This document shows positions 13,791 through 30,722 of a DNA stretch of 64,000 nt, one piece after another. The translations under genes were made by a program, and so were the position numbers. The stretch is taken from positions 1,660,063 through 1,724,062 of the forward strand of contig CM119271.1 of assembly GCA_051294375.1 (NCBI GenBank). Reading direction: 5' to 3'. Origin of the DNA: Paraspadella gotoi (taxonomy: Eukaryota; Animalia; Chaetognatha). Under the pieces are notes generated by a model. It had not been told where the DNA came from and did no database searches. It saw nothing but the letters and a program-made list of their open reading frames with translations. Every line of letters starts with the position of its first letter. Within the stretch, counting starts at the first letter, position 1.

Positions 13791-14569
13791 CAAACTTTAA
13801 ACTGCGAATGACGTCGCGTTTCGAAACTGAGCATTTTCGTTTCTCAAATCATTTATTTTTTTTCTCGTCAACCAAAACTATATTTTTTCTTCCCTTCAAA
13901 AAAAAACAAAAACTGAATTTATTGCCGAATAATTTATTTATATTCCAACGAGCGTGACCGCGTTTGTTTTTTAAATTTCTAACACAACGACAAAAAAAAA
14001 TGGGCGTTAGCTCGAAAGTTCCAATTAAAAAGGCGAAAGCGTTGCTCTTTTTTTTTTTGATACGGCGAAGCGTCTGCGTAAGAGGGTTTTTTTTTGTAGC
14101 TATAGTTTTGGTTGTTAGCAAAATTAATCAGCTTTTCAGCCTAATTGAAGATTCGCAACCATAGAGTCGAAACATGTCAATTTTATTTTAGCCAAAAAAT
14201 TTTAGTTTGTAGATAATAAAAAATATGGAATCTCAAGGAATTTCAAATCTGAACCAAATGAAAGTCGAAATGTGAAGAAAAAATCGTAATGACTGACGGT
14301 CATCGCATCTTTGATCTTTATTGGTCATGATTTCTTATTCAAAGGCTTGTTCCGCTTGTCCATTTCTAAAAACGACACTTTAATGATAAAAAAAAGAGAA
14401 TTAATGGGAAGCGTTTTAAAAGTAGAAATAATAGAAAAAAGAACAATCGCTCAACAGCGACATCTCGAGTTGATTAATGAGAAATCGCGGAGGCGAATGA
14501 GTGGGCAGAACGTCTAAAAGATAAAAGGAAACCGTCGAACGTCAATGACGGCGGAAAGAGAGAGAGAGA

Positions 14570-14627
<58 letters not shown>

Positions 14628-14801
14628 CCGATAATGATTATATCAAACCCGATTATTTTAGAATCAATTAAACGAATGAGAGAAACTTGTCGTTCAACGA
14701 CATCAGTTGGTTTTTTTTTTCTTATTATTTCTAAATGTTTTTAATTATAATTATTTCTAAACGTTTGCTCTCTCTCTCTCTCTTCTCTCTCTGGTCTCTC
14801 T

Positions 14802-14851
<50 letters not shown>

Positions 14852-15015
14852 TTGTTTTCTCCCATTAAACCTCGATCTCAGCAACCACCCTCTTCTTTTT
14901 TTGCCGCCAGCGATCGAGCGATGGACCGATCTCTCTCTCGCACACACATCAGATCCCCTTTCAGGAAAAAAGCCGCCCACTTCGGCCACCCCCCTCTTTA
15001 CGGCCCGCCCCTTTC

Positions 15016-15111
<96 letters not shown>

Positions 15112-15664
15112 AATTATCAGTCGTCCTCAACTTTCCGATTCCCTTTTGTTTCCTTTTTTATTTCTTTTTCTCTACCTAGGATTCTTTTCCAAATTTTCCC
15201 GCCTCGAATTTCTCTCCATTTTAAGTTAAAAACGATTGAAAAACTTTGACGCCCTCAAGTCTTTTCAGTTTAAAATATCGAAGCCACGTCCCGAGAATGA
15301 ATGAATTTTGTTTATTTTTGTTTTTTAATGTTTTTAGATTTTATTGTTCAGACTTTTAGTCGCTACGGAGTATGGGCGTCGAAGGCGGGAAAGTTGTCAT
15401 TTATTTTCTATAAGCCGTAATTTCGTCGAATGAAAAAAATAGTTGTTATTGTTCTTATTCTCTAATTCTTCATTCCTAAGGTCGTTGCCGTTGTTGTTGT
15501 TGTTATTGTTGTTGTTTTTTTTTTATTCTGCTGTTTTTGGTTTCGTTGTTTTTGTTTTGTCGCGGAAAATTTTTGAGCTTTTGGCTGAACGATCAACTGG
15601 TTTAATTAGTCAATCGAGACAAGCTATGGGGCGATCTGATTTTAGCGAGCGTGAGACTTGATAA

Positions 15665-15810
15665 AATTGAAACATTTTTTGAAATATTGTACCACTTCAT
15701 TGATAGGGAAGGCAGGTACTCTGGGAGTAAATAAATGAGAGCGTCTTAATTGAAAGCTTGCAAGTTCCTATAATATTATTATCTTTTTCTATTGGTTGTA
15801 CAAATTTAAA
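15665..15810 (+). mobile_element. Repeat family R1, internally deleted copy
   Basis: Matches 16410-16530 joined to the terminal ATTGGTTGTAC hairpin. Confidence 0.65.
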
Positions 15811-16082
15811 AAAAAATAAGCCAAAAGCTATGAATATTTTGTTTCCGTCTTCTCTTTGTTTTCTGAAAACTTTAATTCAAGGTTCTTCACCTTAAAAAAA
15901 GTGTCGATGCTTAATAGATTCTCACTCAATAAAATAGAACATAAAAATAATTTGATATACTTAAAACATCTTAGCCAATTAAATTTTTATTAGGTGTCGC
16001 GAATATAAACTGTTCAAACTATTACCTCCCGCCTCGTAGCGTAATCATATAAAAAATAAAATATATTATATATTATATATTA

Positions 16083-16205
16083 TCAAATTGGTACAACCAA
16101 AATAAAAATAATCCATTCATTCAATAGATGAGTTATCTTGCCCCTGAAAGACTATGGTAGGTAAAGGCCTCCATCCCTCTTACAAGATAATAACATACCT
16201 GGACC
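16083..16205 (-). mobile_element. Repeat family R1, inverted partial copy
   Basis: Reverse complement of the terminal ~120 bp. Confidence 0.65.
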
Positions 16206-16235
16206 CTTTAATACATCAGACAAATTCGTACTTGT

Positions 16236-16647
16236 ACCAAAGCCTGTCCAAAGTCAGGGACAAGATAGCTTATTTATTAAATGAATGGATAATTTTTATA
16301 TTGGTTGTACCAATTTCATAAAATTCAGCTCCTTGTATTTTGATGCTAGTGCGGAGTACAATATAGTATTCCCCGATCTAATACTTAAGGGAGTGGTCTT
16401 TTCATACAATTGAAACATTCTTTGAAATATTATACCACTTCATTGATAGGGAAGCCAGGTTCACTGGGAGTGAATAAATAAGACTGTGAGAGAGTCTTGA
16501 TTGAAAGCTTGCAGAAACCTGCTATGTTATTATCTTGTAAGTGTGATGGAGGCCTTAAACCACCAAAGCCTGTCCAAAGTCAGGGACAAGATAGCTTATT
16601 TATTAAATGAATGGATAATTTTTATATTGGTTGTACCAATTTCATAC
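16236..16647 (+). mobile_element. Dispersed repeat family R1, partial-tandem copy (period 326 bp)
   Basis: ACCAAAGCCTGTCCAAAGTCAGGGACAAGATAGC...GTACCAATTTCATA occurs at 16236 and again at 16562; homologous pieces at 10 or more other sites. Confidence 0.8.
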
Positions 16648-16922
16648 ATATTATACATATATAAACGTTCGAAAAGATGGCGCTTTACAGAATTCCATCT
16701 CTGCCATTGAGCCGGAGCGCTTGATCGAGGACGAAAACAACGACGACGACGACGACGACCATTCCACACGAAATTTCCATTTTCGATTTATATTCTTCGT
16801 CGTCGTTAACACGGGATCCAATGGGAGGAGGAAGAGGATGAAAAATCCTACGTCAATCTTGTGGGAGGCGGAAGAGCGAAAAGAGGAAGAGGCGGCGATT
16901 GTGGACATGCTTAGTTTTTAAG

Positions 16923-16924
16923 TT

Positions 16925-16965
<41 letters not shown>

Positions 16966-16970
16966 CGTGT

Positions 16971-17043
<73 letters not shown>
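16923..17043. repeat. (GTC)n microsatellite
   Basis: Directly visible. Confidence 0.95.
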
Positions 17044-17450
17044 TATTACCCGCCGTTAGGGACAGGAAGAGAATGAAAAATTAGAGGAAAGGGAGGAAAG
17101 AGAAACGCGATAAAATACATTATACAATATAAAATTTACAATTAAACCAAACATTATCTCCTTTATTATAACCCCTTGTGAAAGACGATAACGTCTTTTA
17201 ATTAAAAGGACCCGAAAAAAATTAAGAAAAAGCTTCTCTCTCTTTCTCTCTCTGTTTTTCTTGTCTAATTTGGTAAAAACGATTTTTTGAGTGACAGATT
17301 AAGAAGAGGTGGACCACCTTTCGACTCCTCCCCCTTCTCCTCTTCCTCTTCCTCCTCCTTTTGCTCCTCCCCTTTCTCCTCTTGGCGATTCTCCTCCTCC
17401 TCCTCCTCCTTCTCCTCTCTTCGTCGTCTTCATCCTCAGAAACAACGACG

Positions 17451-17486
17451 TATAAAAAGAATCACGAGAGAGAAAAACTTTCACTC
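17451..17486 (+). promoter_or_regulatory. Candidate FoxG core promoter (TATA box + Inr-like)
   Basis: TATAAAAAG at 17451 and TCACTC at 17481, about 30 bp apart; inference only. Confidence 0.35.
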
Positions 17487-18056
17487 TCTCTCTTCCACCG
17501 ATTTCCCGACGACTCTCTCTCTATCTCTCTCACTCTCACGCTCTCAACATAGTCGGCTTTCGTCGAGATTCTTTCCTCTCTCTCTCTCTCTCTCTCCCTC
17601 TCAACGAGTTTTTCACACTCTTGTCGATGTCTCGCTCTCCGTCTCGCACTCTCGACATCTGACTCTTCACTCGCTCTCACTCGTCGCCGTCTCGAGAAAC
17701 AATCAAACGTCTCACCCCTTAAAGAAAGATCGCGCCTTCTCGCTGGTCAAAAAAGCGCCAAAGAGCCAGATTTTCCTGACCCTATCTTTTTCTCGGATCT
17801 GATAGGACATTTGACCTTTTTCTCTCTTAAAATCGCGTTGGAACTTCTTCTGTTCAATTAACTGAACCGACCGTGTCTAGTACTGTTCAGACCGTGTCAA
17901 TTACTGACCCTATAAGGTCAATTACTGAACCTCGAGGGCTCAATTAATGACCCGTCAGTGCGAATAACTAAACGGACATTGCCAATCATCGCACCGACCC
18001 GGCCAAAACTTCATCTTTTCGGCTTTCGCCCTTACCCTCGACCTCACCCCTAAACG

Positions 18057-22146
<4,090 letters not shown>

Positions 22147-22473
22147 AGAGAGAGAAGTTTTAGGGGACGCTGTCGTCGTCGTCGTCGTCGTCGTCGCAAT
22201 AACTCTGGTGCCATCATTCACTTTTAAGCTTTAATCTCCCTAAGCCATAGACAATAGACATTTATCGTCATTCCACGATGTTAACGCGAAATGATAATCA
22301 AACAAAAGAACACTTGTTTCGTACAGAGAGAAATCATGACCGTTTTTTCTTAATATTTTGTGCCATCGTTTGAGAATTGTGTAAATATGTTGCGGCGTTT
22401 TGATTATAAATTATGTATTAGACTTTGCGATTTAATTTTTATTATTCTCTTAAAATTAAAGAAATATGATTTT

Positions 22474-22479
22474 AATAAA
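22474..22479 (+). terminator. Candidate FoxG polyadenylation signal
   Basis: AATAAA about 330 nt after the stop, followed by T/GT-rich sequence. Confidence 0.5.
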
Positions 22480-23212
22480 CTGTTTTTTATTGACTCATTT
22501 TTTTATATAGGTTTTAGATATGTTGAATAAAAAAATGAAAGAACGAAAGAACGAAAGATAAAAAGAAAGAGCGTGAGATTAAAAAGAAAAGAGAAAAAAA
22601 AAAACCAAAGAAAGAAGAAAAAACATACAAACATACTCGTAGAATCAAGGAAGAAAAAAAATAGTAAAGTAGAAAGGAAGATAAAAAGAAAAAAGAAAGA
22701 AAGAAAAGATGAAATAAAGGATGAAAGAGTTGAAAGAGAAAAAGAAAAAAGCCATAAAGCCGTCCGATCGAATCTTCTCTCCCATTATCGAGAGAAAGAG
22801 AGAGAGAGGAAAAAAAGTGCGAATAATTGAGAAATTTCATTTAATTAAGCAAGAGGTCTTTACATCACAACTAAACGATTAGGGCGCGAAAAGAGTTATA
22901 AATCGAGGAAGGGGAGGAAGAGGAGGAGGAGGAGGAGGAGGAGGGAGGAGAAGCTGGCGTGAGTGGCCCGAGTTGATTTTAAATTAGATTTACAAATTTG
23001 ATATAATTTTCTTTCTCTCTCTCTCTCTCTCTTTCTCTCTCGCAGCTGCGCCCAAGATTTTTTTTTAAAGAGAGATGGAGAAAGAGTGGCAGAAAGGCCA
23101 AAGAATTATCCTCCCCAAATTGGCCGATGATTTATGAAAAGGCCCGAGGAATCAACATGTAATTTTGTGGAAATATTTTCGAGGAGGCAAAAAGCAAGGA
23201 GAGAGAGAGAGA

Positions 23213-23254
<42 letters not shown>

Positions 23255-24431
23255 TGAGAGAGAGAGAATCTTATTTTGGGTGGATTTTTGAGGAGGAAAT
23301 TTTGGGCAAATATTGATCGTTGAATGAGGGCGGAGAGAGGGGGGGGGCCATAGGGGGGGCGGAGAGATGGGGTGTTGAGATTTGGGGGCGAAAGGGAAAG
23401 AGGGGAAAGATGGGTGGCCCCGGGATCGAGGATCGATCAACCACCCAAGGAGTTCTGGGAAAAACCAAAGAGAAAAATGGAAAAAATGAAGAAGGAAAAA
23501 AAAAAAAATGAGTTCGCGATTTAAGGGGAAAGTGAGATGAAATCCTCGGAAGAAAAACTAAAAAAATGAAAGAATAAAGAAAAAATTATAGTTTTTTTAT
23601 GAGCTTTATAACCAACAAATAGTTTAAAAAAAGATAGTAATAATCTTGCGGAGAATTTATAGTCCCCTTAAGAAAGGCGCAACGTCCATGACACTAATCG
23701 ACGACTTAAATTCGTTTCGAATTAAGATTTAATAAGTGTTAAAAATGAAATCGTTGTCTCTGCCCAGCGCCGGTCCGAATTTAAGGGAAGATGATGCTTC
23801 TTTCCGCGCATAAATTTAAATTTCCTTAAACTCAATTCTAAATAAAAAACGCGGAATCGCCCGTCGACGAACCCCAGCCGGCCTACGGAGTTTTAAGGGG
23901 ATAGAGACATAAAAAAAAAAAACGCTTCGATAAAAGAGACACTTTTTGTAAAAATTTTAACTTCGTTTTAAGCTCGTTTTAAATTAAATAATCTGCCAAC
24001 AAAGAGTTTAATTTCCCCTTTTCCTCGCTAAAAAAAGGCGATGATTGCTCGCGAGGCGACGAAGCGCGACGTTTATCTTTATTTTTAGCAGTTAACAGTT
24101 TTTATTGCGTTTTTTTTATCAGTTTTTAACAGGTTTTTGTTACGTTTATTGGCGATCGTTGTCTCCGGGCAAAAAGGGGATCAAAAAGAAGAGGCTTCTT
24201 GTGGACGCGAGTCCAGTTTTTATGAGGTTTTTTTGCATTTTAGATCGAAAAGCGATTTAAGGGGATGAGTCATTCTTTTTCATCCTAAAATGATGGTAGG
24301 TTTTAAAGATAGAGTTTCTTTTAAATATAATTTGTACGATAAGACTTCTTAAAGAATAAGAAAATATTTTGTGATTATAATTTTGCTACTTAATCTATTT
24401 CATTCAGTAGAATTATTATTTTTTTATCTCT

Positions 24432-24462
<31 letters not shown>

Positions 24463-25088
24463 TTTCTATCTCTCTCTCTCTCTCTTTTCTCTTTTTTTCT
24501 TCAATGGCGGCAAACAAAACTTCTTTCAGTCGGCGTTACTTTTTTCGTCAAACGGTGTGAATGGAAACTTCAAAATTATTTTCATCATTGACGCCGATTT
24601 TTCGATCCGCGTTAATCTCCGGACTTTTCCGGATTTTCTCGGTTCGTTCGAGAGAGAAATATCCGACGACGACGACGACGAATTCGTATTTCCGGTCAAC
24701 GTCGTGCTCCCTCATCGTTGTCGTTGTCGTCGTCGTTGTCGTCTGAACGGATGTCATTTCTTCTTTGCCAATAAAATTCAGATTCTAAGTTTCTTTTTCT
24801 GCGCCAGATTTCTCTTTATAAATTACGGTAAATTACGGTTTTTGAGTCACCGCAGGTATTTCTTTTATTTTCCTTCTTTATTTTCTTTTATTATACTAGT
24901 GATAATTTTTTCCTTACTCCATTCTTCTCTGTACTACAAATTCCACTTCAACTTTCTTAATCTGTTTTTTTTTCTTATTCTCCTTTATTCTCTCACTGTC
25001 CTCCTCTCACTGTGAAATCCCATCGTCACCTCATGGTTTATTCTATAAATTCTTTCCTCTTGCAACCACTCTGCGCCACTAAGGTCAC

Positions 25089-25119
<31 letters not shown>

Positions 25120-25283
25120 GCCGCCTCCGCCGCCGCTGCCTCGGCCATCGCCATCGCCGCCCCCGGTTCCGCTGTCACGGTCACCGCCGACTCTGCCTGT
25201 CTCTCTTTTCTCTATTTGCCGAAACAATTAATTTCTACTAATGAAACGTCGATCTGAAAGAAGTTTAATTCCCGGCGATCTCG

Positions 25284-25324
<41 letters not shown>

Positions 25325-25593
25325 AGACGTCCTCATCGTCGTCGACGTCGTCGTCGTCTTCATCGTCGTCATCGGCTTTTTGCCGCAAATGGACCTAATT
25401 AATTGGGGTTGATCCACTAAAGTCGATATTTGTCACAATTACTCTTTCTCTCCCGATTGGCTTCCTTTCCTTCTTCCATTTCTTTCGATTTTCTCTCCCG
25501 ATCGGCTGCCAACTGGTCAAAACTAGAGAAAACTACGGATTGGGTTTTTTTTTTGTACAGGGAAAAGAAGAAAAGAAACTGGGAGAGAGTGAG

Positions 25594-25643
<50 letters not shown>

Positions 25644-27591
25644 GAGAGAGAGAAGAGAAGAAGGAGAAGAAATGAGAGAATAAAAGAAAGAAAGATAAAG
25701 AGGAAAGGAGAGATTAAGAGAGAAAGAGACAAAGAAAGAAATAAACAAAGAAAGAAATAAACAAAGAAAAAAAGAAAGAGAAAAAGAGCGAGAGAACGAA
25801 ATAAAGAGAGAAAATAAAAAAATAAAGAGAGTTAGTTAGGGAGAAGAAGAAGAAAGAGAGAGAAAGAGCGAGAGAGAGAGAGAGAAAGAGAGAAAAAAAA
25901 AGGCTAACGAAATTAGCGAAGGGCGAGCGGAAACTGGCGCTAACAAATGAGCAACAATTGATTCGAGTAAATCGAAGGCGGAGAAAACGAAGCGGGAGAT
26001 CGAGTACAGTCCTAGTCGGTTGAGATCGAGTACAGTTCTAGTCGGTTGTTGCGACTCGGAGTAGAGGAAGGCTACAGCGGGAACCGGGTTATAGAAGGCC
26101 GTTTGTTGATGTTCCGATTCGAATTGAACTTAAATTTTATATAATTTAAGGTAAAATTGGAAATGTTAATAATCGTTTTGTTTTTTGTCAAACGTTAACA
26201 AACAGAGCGTCTTCCCTTGTATTAAGTTACGGACAAACTTTATACTTATGCTTATTCACATCTTTATATTTATCTCTTTACCATACATTTTACGATGGTG
26301 ATTTTTAAACTCAAGGAATTGTGAGCGCGCTTAAAATGTTTATATTTACAATGTACACAACGTCGAATGATTTTAAATCGAATTGGAAAATGAAAACATT
26401 GACCGTTGTTAAAAGCAAAGTTTTATTACGTGTGAAAATTTTCAATAATTTTCTCACCGAAAAAACGATTCAAATATAATTTGTTTTTTTTATACTAGAA
26501 AATGTTTTGAATTCGATGCAGCGTGCATTTAATCTATTTTCTCTTCTGTTAATCTCATAATATTATACGTATAATATAGAAATATAATTTTACAAAAGAG
26601 AAAAGTATAGTTAATGAAAACATTTTTTTCTTGTTTCATGTTTCAGTTTATTAAGTCATTTTAAAACATCAGCCACTGATGGTGACTTAACAATTTAAAT
26701 AAAAATATGTGCTAAAAAATAAATAAACTGTTAACTGTACTTTAAAAAAAATATCTAAATTTTTTATATATTTAAAAAAAGAATTAGATGAATAAAAAAT
26801 AAATAAAACCGACGATAAGAAAAATGATCTCATAGAGATGCAGTCTCTCTCTCCATTGACGCATTTGAAAAAAAAAATCGGCCACCCCGGACGAGCCGTT
26901 CGGAATTGCCCGCCCTCGTCATTAGTCAACATTTATCGATGCCTATTAATTTAACAAATAAACAACCCGTCCAAAAAGTTAACGAAAAAAAAAAGAACGA
27001 GTTTTAATGACTCCATTATATAGTTTTTTAAAACTTCGCCATGAGAAGCGGAAATACGAAATTTCTATTTTATTAAGCGGGAAAAAAGTTCGGTTTTTTT
27101 TTTTCAGTGAAGTTGAAACAAATTTGGGGGATAAATGATTTCGTGTGAATATGTATAAGTGAATCTAAACTGATTCTTAGAGAAAAAAGAAAAATATCTA
27201 AAAAGTTTCGGAAAAATATTATTCAATTTTTTTCATAAAGATTTAAAACCACTACAGTCCACAAAAAAACAAGTTATTGAATATGATAAATTGCCAAAAA
27301 AATTAGGCTAATATTTTTTTTTTTTTTAGTAAAAATATTTCAGCTATTATGACCAATTTTTAGCTCCTCCCCTAACTCAGCCCAAAGTCCCTACCCCCCA
27401 GCTCCGTAAAATAGGGCTCTGCCTCAAAATAATATCTCGCCTATTTTCTCCTTCCCCGATTGGGGTTTGTTTGCCTTTTTTAACGGGATTAAAAAAAAAA
27501 AATTCAAGAAAAGAAAAAAGAGAAAAGTAATAACTCGTAATTTGATAATCGAAGAGCAGGCCTTGGATTTTTAAAAGATGAACTTTTTTTT

Positions 27592-27595
<4 letters not shown>

Positions 27596-27671
<76 letters not shown>
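27596..27671. repeat. (CT)n microsatellite
   Basis: Directly visible. Confidence 0.95.
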
Positions 27672-27674
<3 letters not shown>

Positions 27675-27855
27675 AACCCGTTAGTCGAGGCTCGGGTTAT
27701 TACCCCGATTTCCGACCCTAATAGGATTATCTCACCTTAACCTTTCGTCGCATCGCCTTACCTCCAAACACCCGCGCTGACGGATCGTCTCTTGGGTCAG
27801 CGCTGTGTGTGTGATTGTGTGTGAGCAGAGAGAAGGAGAGAGAGAGGAGAGAGAG

Positions 27856-27891
<36 letters not shown>

Positions 27892-28801
27892 ATATCTGAT
27901 TTTCCTTCTCCTTGAGACCCGACGAAGCGATGGTCATTGTTTATTAGCGAAGCATGAATTGTTTATTGTTTACTTTTTATTGTTTTTGTTTATTGTTTTT
28001 GTTTCATCACATTCGGGGATTTTCTCGGTACGTAGTCGGCCTGATGGTCAAAAACTTACCGGCAGGGACGGATCGCTTCCATTTTAAGATCGAAATTAGT
28101 TTTTGCCAGCGGATGTAGGAAAAAACCAATTTGCATATTGAAGTCTGGGGATTTTTTAAATTGCTTTTGATCGAAGCTTTACCAAGATGACTCGTGATTT
28201 ATGATTTGCCCTTTTGAATAAAGAAAATAAAGAGAAAACCTTGGCGGGAATTTTTGAGAAGGGAACGAGTTGTGAGTTTGATTGGGTGAGGTTTGAGTGG
28301 TAAGTTTTTAAATGTTCCGAGCTCAGTAAACGCATTATAGTCAAACGTTATAAATACGAAGTGAAATTATACTTGCTTTGAACCTTGTCTCGATCATTGC
28401 CACAATGTTATGCTTCGTATCTTTGCTCACTTATGTTTCTCATTTTGTTATTATCATTTTACTTAATCGTGAAAATAAAAGTGATGAAAAGTGCGGGGTT
28501 TGTATAATTGCTGGTTAGGAATCGGCTGAATTAATCCAATTTTAGTAAGAAAAATAATGAAATTAAGGGGTAAGATACAAAGAAATAAATAAAGATATAA
28601 AGAATTAAAAATTATGAAAAAAATAGAATTAAGGTCAGAAATAAAAACATAAAGTAAAGAAAAAAGGAAAAAAGAAAGAAAGTTGAAAGAAAAAAAAATC
28701 AAGAAAGAAAAAAAAATAACAAAAAAAAGGTCATCAGAAAGAAAAGGAAAACGAGGTTTAGCCTTTTTCATATTGATATTTAGGACCGCGTTCTCACTCC
28801 A

Positions 28802-28842
<41 letters not shown>

Positions 28843-29106
28843 TGATTGTGACGACTATGAAAAGAAGGATTAGCACCCTGTTGGCAAAAGGAGGAGCCTT
28901 ACCCTCCTTGTCGAGATGAGGGAGCAGCGCCTCGGTTAGTTCGGGCTCGTAGGAGGTAAGTTCGGGTGAGAGCGACGCAAACCCACCCAGGTGCGCCCCG
29001 GGATTTTTGTTGTCGTTGTTGTTGTTATTGTTTGTTGTTATTTTCGGATTTTCCCGCTTTAATTATGAAATTAAATATTTCTGTTGACGTTTTATTTCTC
29101 TCTCTG

Positions 29107-29168
<62 letters not shown>

Positions 29169-29989
29169 TAACATTTCTTCTCCCCCCCGTTTATTTACCG
29201 CGCCTTTCGTGTTAAGTTTACGAAAACATTCATAACATCCTCGATATGTTTTGTCCTTGTTTATCATAACAACGTCGAAAACGTCATAACAAAGGAGGAG
29301 AAGGCGATGAAAGACGATTGGATTTCGAGGGAAACATTTCGACCAATCATCGCTCGAGATTGATTGCTGACATTTTTTTTAAACTTTAGTTTATTCTTTC
29401 TTTTTATCTTTCTTTCTTTCTTTCTTTCTTTTTATCTGTCTTTCTCAACTTTTTTTTTCTTTCTCAATTTTTTTATACTCTCCATCAAAATTTTAAATTA
29501 AACCCAAAGATCAGCGTCTAACAAGTTACATTCAACTTATTTTTCTTGTACCAGCTCGTTCTTAGTCATTTTAATTTTGACCCTATTTCTTCCGATGTAT
29601 AACTTACTTGTCTTCTTGGCATAATTACAAAATCTCTTCTTGGTTGTCACTTCGATCTTTAAGGACGTTGTCAATTGTCATAGCTAATGTCATTGTCATT
29701 TCTTTTCCTCATCCTCTTCCTCCTCCGAGGTAAAGCTAAGCGGGGTTTTCGACCTCTCTTCGACTCGCAAACGGTCGAAAAGTCGCAGCGATCGATTTTG
29801 CCGGTCGAAACATCGAATTCGATTGATTATCAGTCGAATGCGCGGAGGAACGTGAATTCATTGAAGGCTCTTCGATCGAATTCGACTTTGATTTGATTTC
29901 ATTTCAATGAATTCATTGAGTAAAGCTCACGCGAATTAACCGAATCAATCAATAGAACGATGAGAATCCTAATATTTAAATTTTAATTG

Positions 29990-30276
29990 TCCCAATAACA
30001 ATAATGATAAAGGCGCTGGACCTATTCCTTGGATCTATTCCTGTAGTTGTTTTTTTAATTGATTTGTAACTGATTATTGACATAGGCGCATTCGAGTTCA
30101 GGACTTTTTTGCTGACCATAGCATAAAAAACTAGTTTGGCAACGGGCAATGACCACCCCATATGACTGGCGAGTTTATGCCGACACCTTCACTCTTTAAC
30201 CAGCGTGACCGTGAGGGGATTGAACCAGGAACTCATGGCTGGCGAACGAGTATTTAACTGTCCAAGCCAATGGGAC
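29990..30276 (-). mobile_element. tRNA-derived SINE
   Basis: Minus strand: A-box-like TGGCTTGGACAGTTAA, B-box GGTTCAATCCC (30226-30216), ~200-bp body, ATT-rich tail. Confidence 0.6.
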
Positions 30277-30722
30277 GAATTGAGTTACACCAAGCTATAC
30301 CGGAGGCGAATTTAGGATTCGCCACACTAGGTTAATTTTAGCCCACTTTAATATAACTCCAACACATTTTTTATTAAATCATACCCATCAGGCATGAACT
30401 TTATCTCTACTTTCAACTTACTAGAGATCGCTATAGGATAAAAGTCACTACTTTAAAAACAAAATAAAGTATATTCTATGTATACAAATATACATGTGAC
30501 AAAATGTGACAAAATGTACAAAAATTATTCAAATGATTGATACCAAACAAATATTAAAACATATTGGCAGCATTGGTAAAAGAGATGTGTGTTTGTAGAG
30601 ATGTGTGTTTGTAGAGATCCTGATAAAAACAAGGATATTTGAGAAATAAATATGATTAAACAGATTTAAGTCATTAGTCATTAAATCACCTGTTATATTT
30701 CCATGTACTGACTTAACTGATA

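Noticed and set aside
16262-16345. Hammerhead ribozyme in R1 (minus strand)
   Set aside because: GAAA-stem III-TA is present, but upstream reads CTGAATT rather than CTGANGA and no stem II is evident.
17852-17975. CRISPR-like repeat-spacer array
   Set aside because: Units of ~15 bp with 6-7 bp linkers, eukaryotic context, no cas genes.
22604-22611. miR-9 seed match ACCAAAGA (a known regulator of vertebrate FoxG1)
   Set aside because: Lies beyond the candidate polyA signal, within an A-rich low-complexity tract.
24985-25380. Poly-Ala / poly-Gly / poly-Asp ORFs as an extra exon
   Set aside because: GCC and GTC slippage tracts with nearby stops and no convincing splice partners.
30205-30276. 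tRNA gene
   Set aside because: A/B boxes are present, but no cloverleaf or poly-T terminator; continues into a SINE-like body.
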